A stretch of 64,000 nt of DNA, taken from assembly GCA_950097015.1 (NCBI GenBank), contig CATNEN010000038.1, positions 27,404,001 through 27,468,000 of the forward strand. Reading direction: 5' to 3'. Below, piece after piece: positions 39,901 through 52,400 of this stretch; the first letter of the stretch is position 1, and every line of letters begins with the position of its first letter. The notes beneath the pieces were generated by a model. That model was given only the letters and a program-made list of their open reading frames with translations, was not told where the DNA came from and did no database searches. The position numbers and the translations under genes are program-made. This DNA is from Macrostomum hystrix. Its lineage: Eukaryota; Animalia; Platyhelminthes.

Positions 39901-42900
39901 AGACAGGGGAATTGAGGTAGAAGACATGGGAATGGGGTAGAAGACACGGGATCGAGGACAGACAACAGTTAAACGAAGGGGGTAGAAGACAGTAAATTGA
40001 GGGTAGAAGAAAGCAAATGAAGAAGTCTTATTTAGTTTATATCACAAAATATTTTCACAATCGTAGTATGTTAGCAGTTCAGGTATTAAATTGAAATATT
40101 GTAATTAGTAAATTCACAGCGCATTGCTGAATTTCTGAATTCACCGAAAATTCCATTAGTAAATGCAAAAGTATGTGCGTCAAGCTCACATAGATTGAAT
40201 GACACAACACTTTCCAGCAGACTATATTAATTGTGAAATTAATAATTCTGCCTATTTATACTACTAAACCAGACGAAGCATAGTAGACAGTAGCGTAAAT
40301 AAACGTAAAGAATTAAAAAAACTATTTCTTTGATTCCAGCTTTTCCTAATCATATGCTACGTGGATTTCACAAATGGGATACTTTTTCAATTAGTACTTA
40401 TTGAATTATGAAACTGGCACTCACGATCTCCACATCCCGTCTGGCTGCTTCCACCGCCTGCGCCGCAGTCAGCCGTTGACCGTCGGGACCAAGAGCTTCG
40501 CCCTGAGCCGCAGCCAGTCTTCGGCGCTCAATCAAGGCGGCGGCGTGCTGCTGCACCCGCTGAGCAGTCTCAGACTCGGCCTGACGCCTCTGCCGTTCAA
40601 GGAGAATCTGCGACGTGGAAATAAGTAGGGGTATTGGTGTCAGCATTATAAATAATAATGCATGGGGGCTGCGGGCAATGGCACATCATTTGGTGTCAGT
40701 AGACCCACAGCCAGCGAGGAGGCAATTACTCATAGGCACACAAACACACGGATATACACATGTGTACACTCTCACTGTCCCTTAGACTCTTAGAGGCTGG
40801 CCCTCAAGAGCCAAAATTGCACGACAAGCCCCCAAGCCTTCTCTCCGCGGCTGCGCCCCAAATAAATGTGGCCTCGCCGCGGAATCGAACTTAGGGACCT
40901 TGGTACGAGAGGCAAACGCGTTAACCGCTCTGCCATCCATCCCATTTATGGGTATCATGTGATAATGATATCTAGAATAGTGCAAAGAAAGAATCCAATC
41001 TCACAGAAGAATAATCCAATCTCACAGAAGAATAATCCAATCTCACAGAAGAATAATTCAATCTCAGAGAAGAATAATCCAATCTCACAGAAGAATAATC
41101 CAATCTCAGAGAAGAATAATCCAATCTCACAGAAGAATAATCCAATCTCAGAGAAGAATAATTCAATCTCACAGAAGAATAATCCAATCTCACAGGGGGA
41201 GAATCCAATCTTATAGGGGGGAGAATCCACTCTCACAGGGGGGAGACTCCAATCTTATAGGGGGGAGAATCCACTCTCACAGGGGGGAGACTCCAATCTT
41301 ATAGGGGGGAGAATCCACTCTCACAGGGGGGAGACTCCAATCTTATAGGGGGGAGAATCCACTCTCACAGGGGGGAGAATCCAATCTTATAGGGGGGAGA
41401 ATCCACTCTCACAGGGGGGAGAATCCAATCTTATAGGGGGGAGAATCCACTCTCACAGGGGGGAGAATCTTACTTCAGTGGGGGAGAATGAACCATCCCA
41501 CACCAGACACCTACCTGCTCCTCAGCGGTCATGGGCTCCGGGCGCGGTTCGCCGGGCACCCCACCCTCTCCATCCTCGCGTCGCCGACGATGCAGCTCGG
41601 CGTGCGAAGGCAGCCGCATCGAGTTGGGGTCGCCGCCGGCGCTGAATGGCGCAGCCCGGATCCGAGCGTCAGATTTTCGCGCCGCCGCCAGCGGACCCGC
41701 CAGCAGCTGCTCGCGAGCGGCCGTCATCTGCATTCGCCGTGCCTCCTCGCGCCATTGCCTGCCGATGAAAGATGTTTGGAGTCCGATGTAAAACACTCTC
41801 TAACACCCGACACCAATATCTAACCCCAGAAACCAATTATCTAACACCAATATCTAACACCAGACACCAATATCTAACACCAGACACCAATATCTAACAC
41901 CAGACACCAATATCTAACACCAGACACCAATATCTAACACCAGACACCAATATCTAACACCAGACACCAATATCTAACACCAGACACCAATATCTAACAC
42001 CAGACACCAATATCTAACACCAGACACCATTATCTAACACCATTATCTAACACCATTATCTAACACCATTATTTAACACCAATATCTAACACCATTATCT
42101 AACACCAATGTCTAACACCAGACACCATTATCTAACACCATTATCTAACACCAATATCTAACAGCATGAGAGTTCTCTCAGCCCGCACCTGGAAGCCTCG
42201 GCGTCCCTCCTACGCTGCAGCACAGCCTCCTGCCTTGCCAGGGTGTCTTTGCGGCGCTGATTTCGACGCTCCTCGGCTGCGCGTCGTTCGACCAGTCCGG
42301 GCGCCGGCGGCTCGGGAAACTCGCGCACAAACTGGCGGTGCCTGTCCGACTGGCGAGCCAGCGGGGCGGGCGCCACGCGCTGCCGAATCTGCGGGCCCTC
42401 CTGCCGGTGCAACGGCGCTGTCTGGGTTGTCAGCAGATGCTGCTGCTGCTGCTGATGATGATTATGGAAAAAAAGCAATCGTAGTCCTTCCCAGTCCATG
42501 GACTGAACTGCTGTAAACATGCGCTTTGGAAACACCGAGTGCCTCTGACTGTGTTCAATGCAATAATATAACAATAATTGCAGGAGGGCTGCGGGCAATG
42601 GCAAATCACGCACACAGATACCGTACGCAGACACGATCTCACACACGTGTGTACATCTGCCTTGACTTTCTCACCATCAGGCAGTGTACACTTCACTGCG
42701 TCTTGGAGGTTGGCCCTCAAGGGCGTAAATTGCACTGCGAGCCCCCAAGCCTTCTCTCCACGGCTGCGCCCCAAATGAATGTGGCCTCGCCGCGGAATCG
42801 AGCTCAGGGACCTTGGTGCGAGAGGCAAACGCGTAAGACGCTCTGCCAAGGACGCGCCATAGTATTGTCTATCAATCTTACTTTATTCTGCTGTGGCTGC

Positions 42901-44314
42901 TTCTTCTGCGTTGCTAGCTTGGTCTTTTTGCTGTCCGGCAGACACTCAGCAGAGACGGCCGCTGACGAGGGCGGCGGCGATAGCTTAGTCGGCTGCGCCA
43001 AATCACTGCCAGCGTCGATTTCGTCAGTCCAGCTGGCTTCCTGCTCCGCTGCCAGACGATTCTCGATCTCCAGCCGACCGCTGTGCACCTCGCGCAGGTA
43101 GGTAGCCACGGCAGCTACACCGGCTGACAGGATTTCAGCGTGCGGAAAGTCCAAGGGATTGCCGGATAGTGCCAAACCGCGAAGGCTTTTCACGAAGCCT
43201 AAATCAATTTGAGCAGGGTTGAACGGAATGAAGGCGAGGGTTGAAGGGAACGAAGGCGAGGGTTGAAGGGAATGAAGGCGAGGGTTGAAGGGAATGAAGG
43301 CGAGGGTTGAAGGGAATGAAGGCGAGGGTTGAAGGGGTTGAAGGGAATGAAGGCGAGGGTTGAAGGGAATGAAGGTGAGGGTTGAAGGGAATGAAGGCGT
43401 GGGTTGAAGGGAATGAAGGTGAGGGTTGAAGGGAATGAAGGCGTGGGTTGAAGGGAATGAAGGAGAGGGTTGAAGGGAATGAAGGCGAGGGTTGAAGGGA
43501 ATGAAGGAGAGGGTTGAAGGGAATGAAGGAGAGGGTTGAAGGGAATGAAGGTGAGCAGGGTTGAAGGGAATGAAGGCGTGGGTTGAAGGGAATGAAGGAG
43601 AGGGTTGAAGGGAATGAAGGAGAGGGTTGAAGGGAATGAAGGTGAGCTGGGTTGCAGGGAATGATAGTGAGTGAATGAAGGTGAGTAGGTTTGAGTGAAT
43701 GAATGTGAGTAGGTTTGAGTGAATGAAGGTGAGTAGGTTTGAGTGAATGAAGGTGAGTAGGTTTGAGTGAATGAAGGTAAGCAGGGTTGAAGGTGAGCTG
43801 AGTTCGTGATAAAAATTATCAATGCTGATCTCAAAGCAGCAATCTCACCGAGTTCAATTGGCAGCTTAGAAATGCAGTTATCTTCTAGTAGAAGATACTC
43901 AAGAAATGCGTGTGAACTGAGGTCCATTGTGGGCAGACTTCGCAGCCGATTTCCGCGCAAATCCAACCATTTCAGATTAGGCAGAGCAGAAAAGAAATCC
44001 TGAGCCAATTCTGCCAGCCCATTGAAGGCCAGGTATAGAAACTGGAATTTGGAAGTAGAAATTTATCCACGTAAGTACACGAGTTATTGGAATATCTAGG
44101 TCAATCTGTTGCTATGGTGGCGTGAGCATACCTGCAAGTGAGTCAGATCCAACGTGGCTTCAGGTAGGACTTTCATCCTCATACCGGAGAGATCCAGGAA
44201 TGGATTTTGACTCGCAGCTACAAACTGAAGTTTTCCCAGCACTGGGTCATCATTTTCCGTTGCGGCTTCCTTCTGATCATCATCAGCTGGATGTTCTTCA
44301 TTCTCTGCTGACAT
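36978..44314 (-). CDS. LRRC27: Leucine-rich repeat-containing protein 27-like
   Basis: Exons ~44314-44132, 44041-43849, 43198-42882, ~42497-42190, ~41758-41515, ~40607-40424, ~37112-36978. LRRs DFFSALPNLKWLDLRGNRLRSLP..LEYLLLEDNCISKLPIELG..LALSGNPLDFP; coiled-coil C-half with QWREEAR and RRDVEI|AMEMQREL. Confidence 0.8.
37168..37678. repeat. 16-bp minisatellite (ATTGGGATTCTGTACG)n, LRRC27 last intron
   Basis: Tandem units. Confidence 0.95.
39335..39995. repeat. 20/21-bp minisatellite (GGGGTAGAAGACATGGGAAT)n, LRRC27 last intron
   Basis: Tandem units. Confidence 0.95.
40645..40943 (-). mobile_element. SINE copy with intact tRNA-like head
   Basis: Reverse complement GGATGGATGGCAGAGCGGTTAACGCGTTTGCCTCTCGTACCAAGGTCCCTAAGTTCGATTCCGCGGCGAGGCCA: A box TGGCAGAGCGG, B box GTTCGATTC. 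Confidence 0.85.
40990..41470. repeat. 21-bp array (AATAATCCAATCTCACAGAAG) changing into a 44-bp dimer of 22-bp units, LRRC27 intron
   Basis: Transition at ~41195. Confidence 0.93.
41800..42162. repeat. 20-bp (CACCAGACACCAATATCTAA) / 13-bp minisatellite, LRRC27 intron
   Basis: Tandem units. Confidence 0.95.
42562..42848 (-). mobile_element. SINE copy, LRRC27 intron
   Basis: Head, body and AT-rich tail match the family. Confidence 0.85.
43215..43795. repeat. 22-bp (GGGTTGAAGGGAATGAAGGCGA) and 24-bp arrays, LRRC27 intron 2
   Basis: Tandem units. Confidence 0.95.
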
Positions 44315-46442
44315 ATTCAATAATTGCTGCCGAAAAGTCGCAGTTGTATTATAGCTAAAATAAAAATATTATCAACACACTAAGTATCCCGAAAAATGAA
44401 TAAGAACAATACATTTTTAGATGTTTTTTCTTTACCATTAAAAATTTCTAATAAAATTTCTTTTTATTAAAAATAAAAAAGAAGTCAAAATTCGCTCTTT
44501 TTATGACAAACAGCAACTATAGTTTAGTTTTTAACAGAAAGCAAACATGAAAATAACTGTGCAAGAAGTGGTACAGCTTCTGATTATATATTTGTTAGGT
44601 AGCCAGCAAGGGCAATAATTTTGGATAATAAAACTGGTAATCAGAAAAGCAGATTCTTCTTTAGCAACAGTGTTAATAGTAATACCATAGACATATCAAA
44701 ATAAAATCATTATTTATGAGGCATTGTTAAGATTTAATTCTTAACTTTTTAGAGCGTCATTCTTACTTTTCTAGTAATCGTTTTATTATTATTCTAGTAA
44801 AAAGCTTCTCTGGGAACAAAACAACAATATTAATTTATCATTATTATTAATCGTTTAATTAATATGATAATATCATATAACATATAACATATATCATTTA
44901 ATTAAAATAATTAGAACGACTTCAACTTCATTCTGAGTGTACACTCATAAAATCTAGTTAAATAAGTTCTTTCATTCATTTGCGCATAAGATTTACGTAG
45001 TTAAGTCATTATTGAGTGATTTATTCGTCCACATAAGCATAAGCACGTTACTATTGTTCCATAGTAAGATTTGACTGGTGAATTGGATACAAAAATGAGC
45101 CAAGCTAACACAGTTGAATTTTTTGCCGTAAAATAATTTTGTTGCTAGGCTAAGTTTGGAACAATTTAGCAGGCATGTATAGAGTATATATTTTTCGTAA
45201 ATTTTATTCTGCCATTTAGATTTAGAATATAAATTCTATATCCGAATGTTACACATTTTGTTTTATCGCGTAACGCCCATAATTAGTTTTGAGGCAGGAT
45301 TCGTGACGCAGCATATACCACAAGAAGAAGCTACATGTAGTCGCTAGCTAGTGATCTTTTTCTATTGGTCATTAGCATACTCGGGTACATGAATGCGCCA
45401 GTGGCATAGTGAACTATTTTTCGGACTAAGAGGAAGTGTTGCAATATAGACATGCTCAATATGATACATTTAGATTCGCATTAGTGTTAGTTTTTTAGTA
45501 TTCGGCTTCAAAATTTTCGCAATCCATGAGGTAGTAGCTTGTATACGTAAATGCTGAGAAGGCAGTACATGAAATATTTAACGATCTACTACTTATTCAG
45601 ATAATATAAAATAATGTCAAACAATATAAGCTTGCTTAAGTGCTCTTTAATTGCGTTAAACTTCGAATCTTCTTTTCTGAGATAAAAAAAATAAAAAACA
45701 ACAACTGCAGACTTTCATTTTCTCCCTCTTTTTTGGCTACTCGTAGTATAATAATCCAGTAATGTAAAATTGAAAATTTTGACGCTTGAGCAGTTGACCA
45801 TATGTAGCTTGTAAGGGTTTGGCACTGCTAAAGCTTGCAGCTATGGGGCTAGACAACTTACAAAACCGTCGTATCCAAATTTAAATATAACAATTTGTAT
45901 GACTTTCGTCAGCAACAAATCGTTTATTTGGGACAACATGCATTAAAAAACTTGCATTTCAAACTATTTTTGCATTAACTGCAGGCAAAGGACAAAGAAA
46001 ATTAATGAATCAAACCGAATTATTGATTACCTTCGCCGGTTTCAACGATTACATCGTTGTATTTCAGTCTAAATATAATTAATATATATTTATTATATCT
46101 ATATATTTAATTGGGTTGTCAATAAACGACAGAAAAACTTTCCAAGTGTCACACCAAAAATTGTAATGTAGAAATCAAACAAATATAAAAAACTCATCAA
46201 TCGATCAAAAATACTGCTAAGTTATAGAGAATTAAAAAATTATATTTCGAGGCAAAAACCCAAGTAAAAAGTTTATAATTAAATTACTTTAGTTTAAAAT
46301 TGAACAACGCGTACAATAACTAAATAAAACTTTGATAAATATATTGAACATTGGAAAAATCTCTCAAAATGTTCGACACAGAATCAGACTTCAATTTGAG
46401 CAACAGCGCCCAGTGCACTCTAAGAATAAGAAGAGCTTATTC

Positions 46443-48341
46443 TTACGGGTCGAGCTTCTGAGTGTCGACTCCAAGCCGCAGACCGAAGCGCTTGAACGTG
46501 ATGATGTTGAAGAAGTTGGTGAGCGTCTGCAGGTCCTCCTCGGTAATGCCACGGGGAATGCGATGGAACTTGTACTTTTCCGACTGGTAGATGCCGCCCA
46601 TCACAGACTTGGACTCCTTGATGATGAGGACGTCGGGAGCGAGCTTGAACTTCTGGCGAACGTTGGCAATCATGAAGTTGAAGGTGCCGTCCTCGTTCTG
46701 GTTGGACAGCACCGTCACCCAGAGGTTATGTCCGCCGGCGTCCACATCGAACAGAAAGTCGTTCTTGTTCCAGTCCTGGAAGCCGGTGAACTGTACCATC
46801 TCCATCGCGGCACTGATCTGCGGCATGTACTTGGCGGGAAAGCCGTACAGTCGGTCCAGCAGTTGGAGGAACCGCGGCAGAAACACCGGGTTCATCCGGG
46901 AGATCACATGCGCGCGTGACTGCATCGAAAAGTGGTCGAAGCCCTTGCCGATGATCTTGCCGACAATCTCTGAAGTCTTCTTGGTGGCGAAGGCCTTGGC
47001 GAACTGGCTGTAGAGCTGGATGCCGGCCTGGATCGCCGACATGGTGCCGACAGCAGCGGACCTTCTGTACCGAGCTCCGCTCATCGGCACGTCCAGCATT
47101 ATGGCGAATCTGCGGAAGGCTGCCAAGTCGAAGAAGGCCATCAGCACGTCCAAGTCTTCGTTCTTGATTGACGCCGGAACTTTGTGAATGACCGTCTCCG
47201 AGGAGCCGAACGCTCCCCACAGCGAGCTGGACTTCCGCTCCACCACCAGGAGGTCCGGAGCGAGCTGGAACGAGGTCTGGAAGTCCGCAATCACAAAGTC
47301 GTAGCCCCGTGAGCCGCCGTTGTGCGTCAGAATGCTGACGTACTTTGTCTTTCCCGTCGAGCCGGAACGGAAAAGAATGCTAAAGTCCTGCCAATCTTGC
47401 TGCTCTTGGAAGGCCACAGTTTCAAACACTCCGAGCCGCACTTCATTCCTCACATCAGGAGGCACATCAATCATGTTGAGCGCATAATCCACAAAGGCGG
47501 GGTACTGGCTGACACTCACTTCTTCGATGGCCTGCATCGAGGCGCTCTGGCTAAACACCTCGAAGCCCCTGCTGGTAATCTTTCTGATCGGGGTTGAGAC
47601 TGTGAGCTCCTGTCTCTGCACAAGGTCCCTCAGCCACTGAAACTTGGACAGAAATCCGGACACGCCTCTGCGCAGCGAGTCGTCGCTCCTCGCTGACCTG
47701 CGGAATCTCTTGGGTGGTGTCGCCACCGTCTCCGATGCGTCCGACATCGCTGGGTGACCAAGAACTCGACTCACGGCCTCTCGTCTGAGCAGTCTTGTCA
47801 ACGCTGGCATGTCCCGTGCAGCCGGTCCCCAGTTCTCGTCCTCGCAGCGCCTCAACGATATCATCCAGCTTCCACAGTCCCTCGTGACAAAGCTGCACGA
47901 CACGAGCACGGAGAAGACGCCGAACTGGATGAAGCTTCCGTTGCTGCGGGCGGAGCCGACAAAGAGCTGATAGCGGCACAGGGGCACCTCGGTCTCCACC
48001 GCGAACGTCGTCGAAGCGAACTCGGACGGCGAGGACTCGGCGACTCGCAGCAGTCGAGTGACGAACTGAGCCGGCAGGAAGTGACGCAGCCTCCGGGCTG
48101 CCTCGGTCGCGTCCAGCAATCCCTCAGCGAATGCCACGTCCGGTTCGGTCGTGGAGCTCGTGAAGTTCCGCACCAGACGAGCGGTCTCGGAGACTGAAGT
48201 CAGCGCCTTCGCATCTTCCAGCCGACTGGTGAATTCGGCCAGAGACGCACGGAGACTTTGCCTGTCAGCCTCGGCCAGCGGTGAAGCCACGGTGACGCCT
48301 AAGCTGAGGACGAACAGCAGAGCTGCGGTCAAACCAAGCAT
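46443..48341 (-). CDS. Intronless secreted 632-aa protein: three related ~190-aa domains separated by furin-type sites; family not recognised
   Basis: Uninterrupted GC-rich ORF; signal peptide MLGLTAALLFVLSLGVTVA; KRFRR|S and RYRR|S linkers; domains 2 and 3 align (GFEVFS/GFDHFS, QDWQDF/QDWNKN, FQLAPDLL/FKLAPDVL, EDLDVL..FF...AFRRF/EDLQTL..FF...TFKRF). Confidence 0.88.
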   Translation of the reverse strand: MLGLTAALLFVLSLGVTVASPLAEADRQSLRASLAEFTSRLEDAKALTSVSETARLVRNFTSSTTEPDVAFAEGLLDATEAARRLRHFLPAQFVTRLLRVAESSPSEFASTTFAVETEVPLCRYQLFVGSARSNGSFIQFGVFSVLVSCSFVTRDCGSWMISLRRCEDENWGPAARDMPALTRLLRREAVSRVLGHPAMSDASETVATPPKRFRRSARSDDSLRRGVSGFLSKFQWLRDLVQRQELTVSTPIRKITSRGFEVFSQSASMQAIEEVSVSQYPAFVDYALNMIDVPPDVRNEVRLGVFETVAFQEQQDWQDFSILFRSGSTGKTKYVSILTHNGGSRGYDFVIADFQTSFQLAPDLLVVERKSSSLWGAFGSSETVIHKVPASIKNEDLDVLMAFFDLAAFRRFAIMLDVPMSGARYRRSAAVGTMSAIQAGIQLYSQFAKAFATKKTSEIVGKIIGKGFDHFSMQSRAHVISRMNPVFLPRFLQLLDRLYGFPAKYMPQISAAMEMVQFTGFQDWNKNDFLFDVDAGGHNLWVTVLSNQNEDGTFNFMIANVRQKFKLAPDVLIIKESKSVMGGIYQSEKYKFHRIPRGITEEDLQTLTNFFNIITFKRFGLRLGVDTQKLDP

Positions 48342-49452
48342 CGCAGGCTTTGTCTACAGTTTCAGCTTTAACAATTCGACTCCTTTGAAGCTGCTCTGAG
48401 CTGAGCTCGGATTTTCTGCCTTATGCTGACTGGCTGCCATGCTTTTATGCTGCTGCTCGGGTCACAACTCGGAAATGGACTTTCGCGGAAAGCGTCTTCA
48501 AAAGCCAACTGCAGGCGGAGGCGTTTATCTGATAAGAGAATTCGTCTGTTATCTTGGCTGTAGCAGCAGCAGCCAATGGACAGAGTTTATTACAAGTACA
48601 GTGAAGGCTGCATTTCCTACTGCCTAATTAGGTACTTTTCAGATGCACTTTTTCCATCCACAAGTTGCAGCTATTATTTTAAACTAGAAGTTAAATCCAT
48701 TTTTTAAGTGTACTGACTTCATTTAAACTCGATTAAGCCACAGTCTTACAACTCTCTGACCTCATTTTGAACTCCGATAAGCCCCAGTATGACATCTATC
48801 TGACATGAGTTTATGGCAAAGCTTAAGTTAAGCAAAAATTTAATTACATTTTATAAAGGTTTTTCCTGACCTTAGGAGTAGCTTGTACGAGTATGTTTTT
48901 GATGTGTCAGAGTGATTGTGCAAAAATTTTGGTTAGACTGTAACGCCTAAAGCTTCTCGCCAATATTATTTTCGCTTTTTTGACGATTCTTTTTAATATC
49001 AAAGCATTAATATTATATTTATGAGTCGGGGTTCACACTGTTTAATTCAGTTTATGTGGTATTTGGTGAAATAAAAAGCGCAAATTACTTTTTTCAAGCA
49101 GTTTCAGGCCGTCAACCTAAACATTGTCATTGTTAGGCACAGTAGGCAAAGATCTTTTATCGAGCAGTACCTACACGTACGGTCATATTATTGATGCGTC
49201 ATTATTTTAGCAATTGTTGAAGGGTATTGATAGTTAATAGTCCAAGCGGTAAATAAAAGTAATTTCTGTCAAGTCCTTTTATTAGCTACTGCGATTGTTA
49301 CTCTGCTTTCGTTAGTGCAAATATCCAGAATTTAATTTACAATTATTTATTTTACACTGCCGAGACAGAAAATCAGTGCTGTTAACTTGCATTGTTGATA
49401 ATTTATCACAGTCTGGTGCATTAGCATCTCTTGATTTACATATTTGTCAAAG

Positions 49453-52400
49453 TTAGCCAGGAATGTAGAATACACCTGTAAATGGGCGATTTTAAATCAG
49501 AGATTATATAAGAGCAGCTAACAATGAGTATCTTCCCATAGAGCTTATTCCCCCCATCGAGTGTTTTGTAATATAGTGCCTTCCCATAGAATGACTATCC
49601 ATAGAGTTTTTTCCTATAGGATGTCTTCCCATTGAGTGTACTCCCATAGAATGTCTTCCCATTGAGTGTACTCCAATAGAATGTCTTCCCATTGAGTGTA
49701 CTCCAATAGAATGTCTTCCCATTGAGTGTACTCCCATAGAATGTCTTCCCATTGAGTGTACTCCAATAGAATGTCTTCCCATTGAGTGCACTCCCATAGA
49801 ATGTCTTCCCATTGAGTGTACTCCAATAGAATGTCTTCCCATTGAGTGTACTCCCATAGAATGTCTTCCCATTGAGTGTACTCCAATAGAATGTCTTCCC
49901 ATTGGGTGCACTCCCATAGAATGTCTTCCCATTGAGTGTACTCCAATAGAATGTCTTCCCATTGAGTGTACTTCCATAGAATGTCTTCCCATTGAGTGTA
50001 CTCCCATAGAATGTCTTCCCATTGAGTGTACTCCAATAGAATGTCTTCCCATTGAGTGCACTCCCATAGAATGTCTTCCCATTGAGTGTACTCCAATAGA
50101 ATGTCTTCCCATTGAGTGTAGACTCCCATAGAATGTCTTCCCATTGAGTGTACTCCCAAAGAATGTCTTCCCATCGAGTGTACTCCCATAGAATGTCTTC
50201 CCATTGAGTGTACTTCCATAGAATGTCTTCCCATTGAGTGTACTTCCACAGAATGTCTTCCCATTAAGTGTACATCCATAGAATGTCTTCCCATTGAGTG
50301 TACTCCAATAGAATGTCTTCCCATTGAGTGTACTTCCACAGAATGTCTTCCCATTAAGTGTACATCCATAGAATGTCTTCCCATTGAGTGTACTCCCATA
50401 GAATGTCTTCCCATTGAGTGTACTCCAATAGAATGTCTTCCCATTGAGTGTACTCCCATAGAATGTCTTCCCATTGAGTGTACTTCCATAGAATGTCTTC
50501 CCATTGAGTGTACTCCAATAGAATGTCTTCCCATTGAGTGTACTTCCATAGAATGTCTTCCCATTGAGTGTACTCCCATAGAATGTCTTCCCATTGAGTG
50601 TACTTCCATAGAATGTCTTCCCATTGAGTGTACTCCCATAGAATGTCTTCCCATTGAGTGTACTTCCATAGAATGTCTTCCCATTGAGTGTACTTCCATA
50701 GAATGTCTTCCCATTGAGTGTACTCCAATAGAATGTCTTCCCATTGAGTGTACTCCAATAGAATGTCTTCCCATTGAGTGTACTTCCATAGAATGTCTTC
50801 CCATTGAGTGTACTTCCACAGAATGTCCTTCCATTAAGTGTACATCCATAGAATGTCTTCCCATTGAGTGTACTTCCACAGAATGTCTTCCCATTAAGTG
50901 TACATCCATAGAATGTCTTCCCATTGAGTGTACTCCCATAGAATGTCTTCCCATTGAGTGTACTCCAATAGAATGTCTTCCCATTGAGTGTACTTCCATA
51001 GAATGTCTTCCCATTGAGTGTACTCCCATAGAATGTCTTCCCATTGAGTGTACTTCCATAGAATGTCTTCCCATTGAGTGTACTTCCATAGAATGTCTTC
51101 CCATTGAGTGTAATTCCATAGAATGTCTTCCCATTGAGTGTACTTCCATAGAATGTCTTCCCATTGAGTGTACTTCCATAGAATGTCTTCCCATTGAGTG
51201 TACTCCCATAGAATGTCTTCCCATTGAGTGTACTCCAATAGAATGTCTTCCCATTGAGTGCACTCCCATAGAATGTCTTCCCATTGAGTGTACTCCAATA
51301 GAATGTCTTCCCATTGAGTGTACTCCCATGGAATGTCTTCCCATTGAGTGTACTCCAATAGAATGTCTTCCCATTGGGTGCACTCCCATAGAATGTCTTC
51401 CCATTGAGTGTACTCCAATAGAATGTCTTCCCATTGAGTGTACTTCCATAGAATGTCTTCCCATTGAGTGTACTCCCATAGAATGTCTTCCCATTGAGTG
51501 TACTCCAATAGAATGTCTTCCCATTGAGTGCACTCCCATAGAATGTCTTCCCATTGAGTGTACTCCAATAGAATGTCTTCCCATTGAGTGTAGACTCCCA
51601 TAGAATGTCTTCCCATTGAGTGTACTCCCAAAGAATGTCTTCCCATCGAGTGTACTCCCATAGAATGTCTTCCCATTGAGTGTACTTCCATAGAATGTCT
51701 TCCCATTGAGTGTACTTCCACAGAATGTCTTCCCATTAAGTGTACATCCATAGAATGTCTTCCCATTGAGTGTACTCCAATAGAATGTCTTCCCATTGAG
51801 TGTACTTCCACAGAATGTCTTCCCATTAAGTGTACATCCATAGAATGTCTTCCCATTGAGTGTACTCCCATAGAATGTCTTCCCATTGAGTGTACTCCAA
51901 TAGAATGTCTTCCCATTGAGTGTACTCCCATAGAATGTCTTCCCATTGAGTGTACTTCCATAGAATGTCTTCCCATTGAGTGTACTCCAATAGAATGTCT
52001 TCCCATTGAGTGTACTTCCATAGAATGTCTTCCCATTGAGTGTACTCCCATAGAATGTCTTCCCATTGAGTGTACTTCCATAGAATGTCTTCCCATTGAG
52101 TGTACTCCCATAGAATGTCTTCCCATTGAGTGTACTTCCATAGAATGTCTTCCCATTGAGTGTACTTCCATAGAATGTCTTCCCATTGAGTGTACTCCAA
52201 TAGAATGTCTTCCCATTGAGTGTACTCCAATAGAATGTCTTCCCATTGAGTGTACTTCCATAGAATGTCTTCCCATTGAGTGTACTTCCACAGAATGTCT
52301 TCCCATTAAGTGTACATCCATAGAATGTCTTCCCATTGAGTGTACTTCCATAGAATGTCTTCCCATTGAGTGTACTTCCACAGAATGTCTTCCCATTAAG

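Noticed and set aside
40868-40943. tRNA gene
   Set aside because: No complete cloverleaf; it is the head of the dispersed SINE
46332-48197. Antisense ORFs over the 632-aa gene
   Set aside because: Shadow ORFs from GC-rich codon usage
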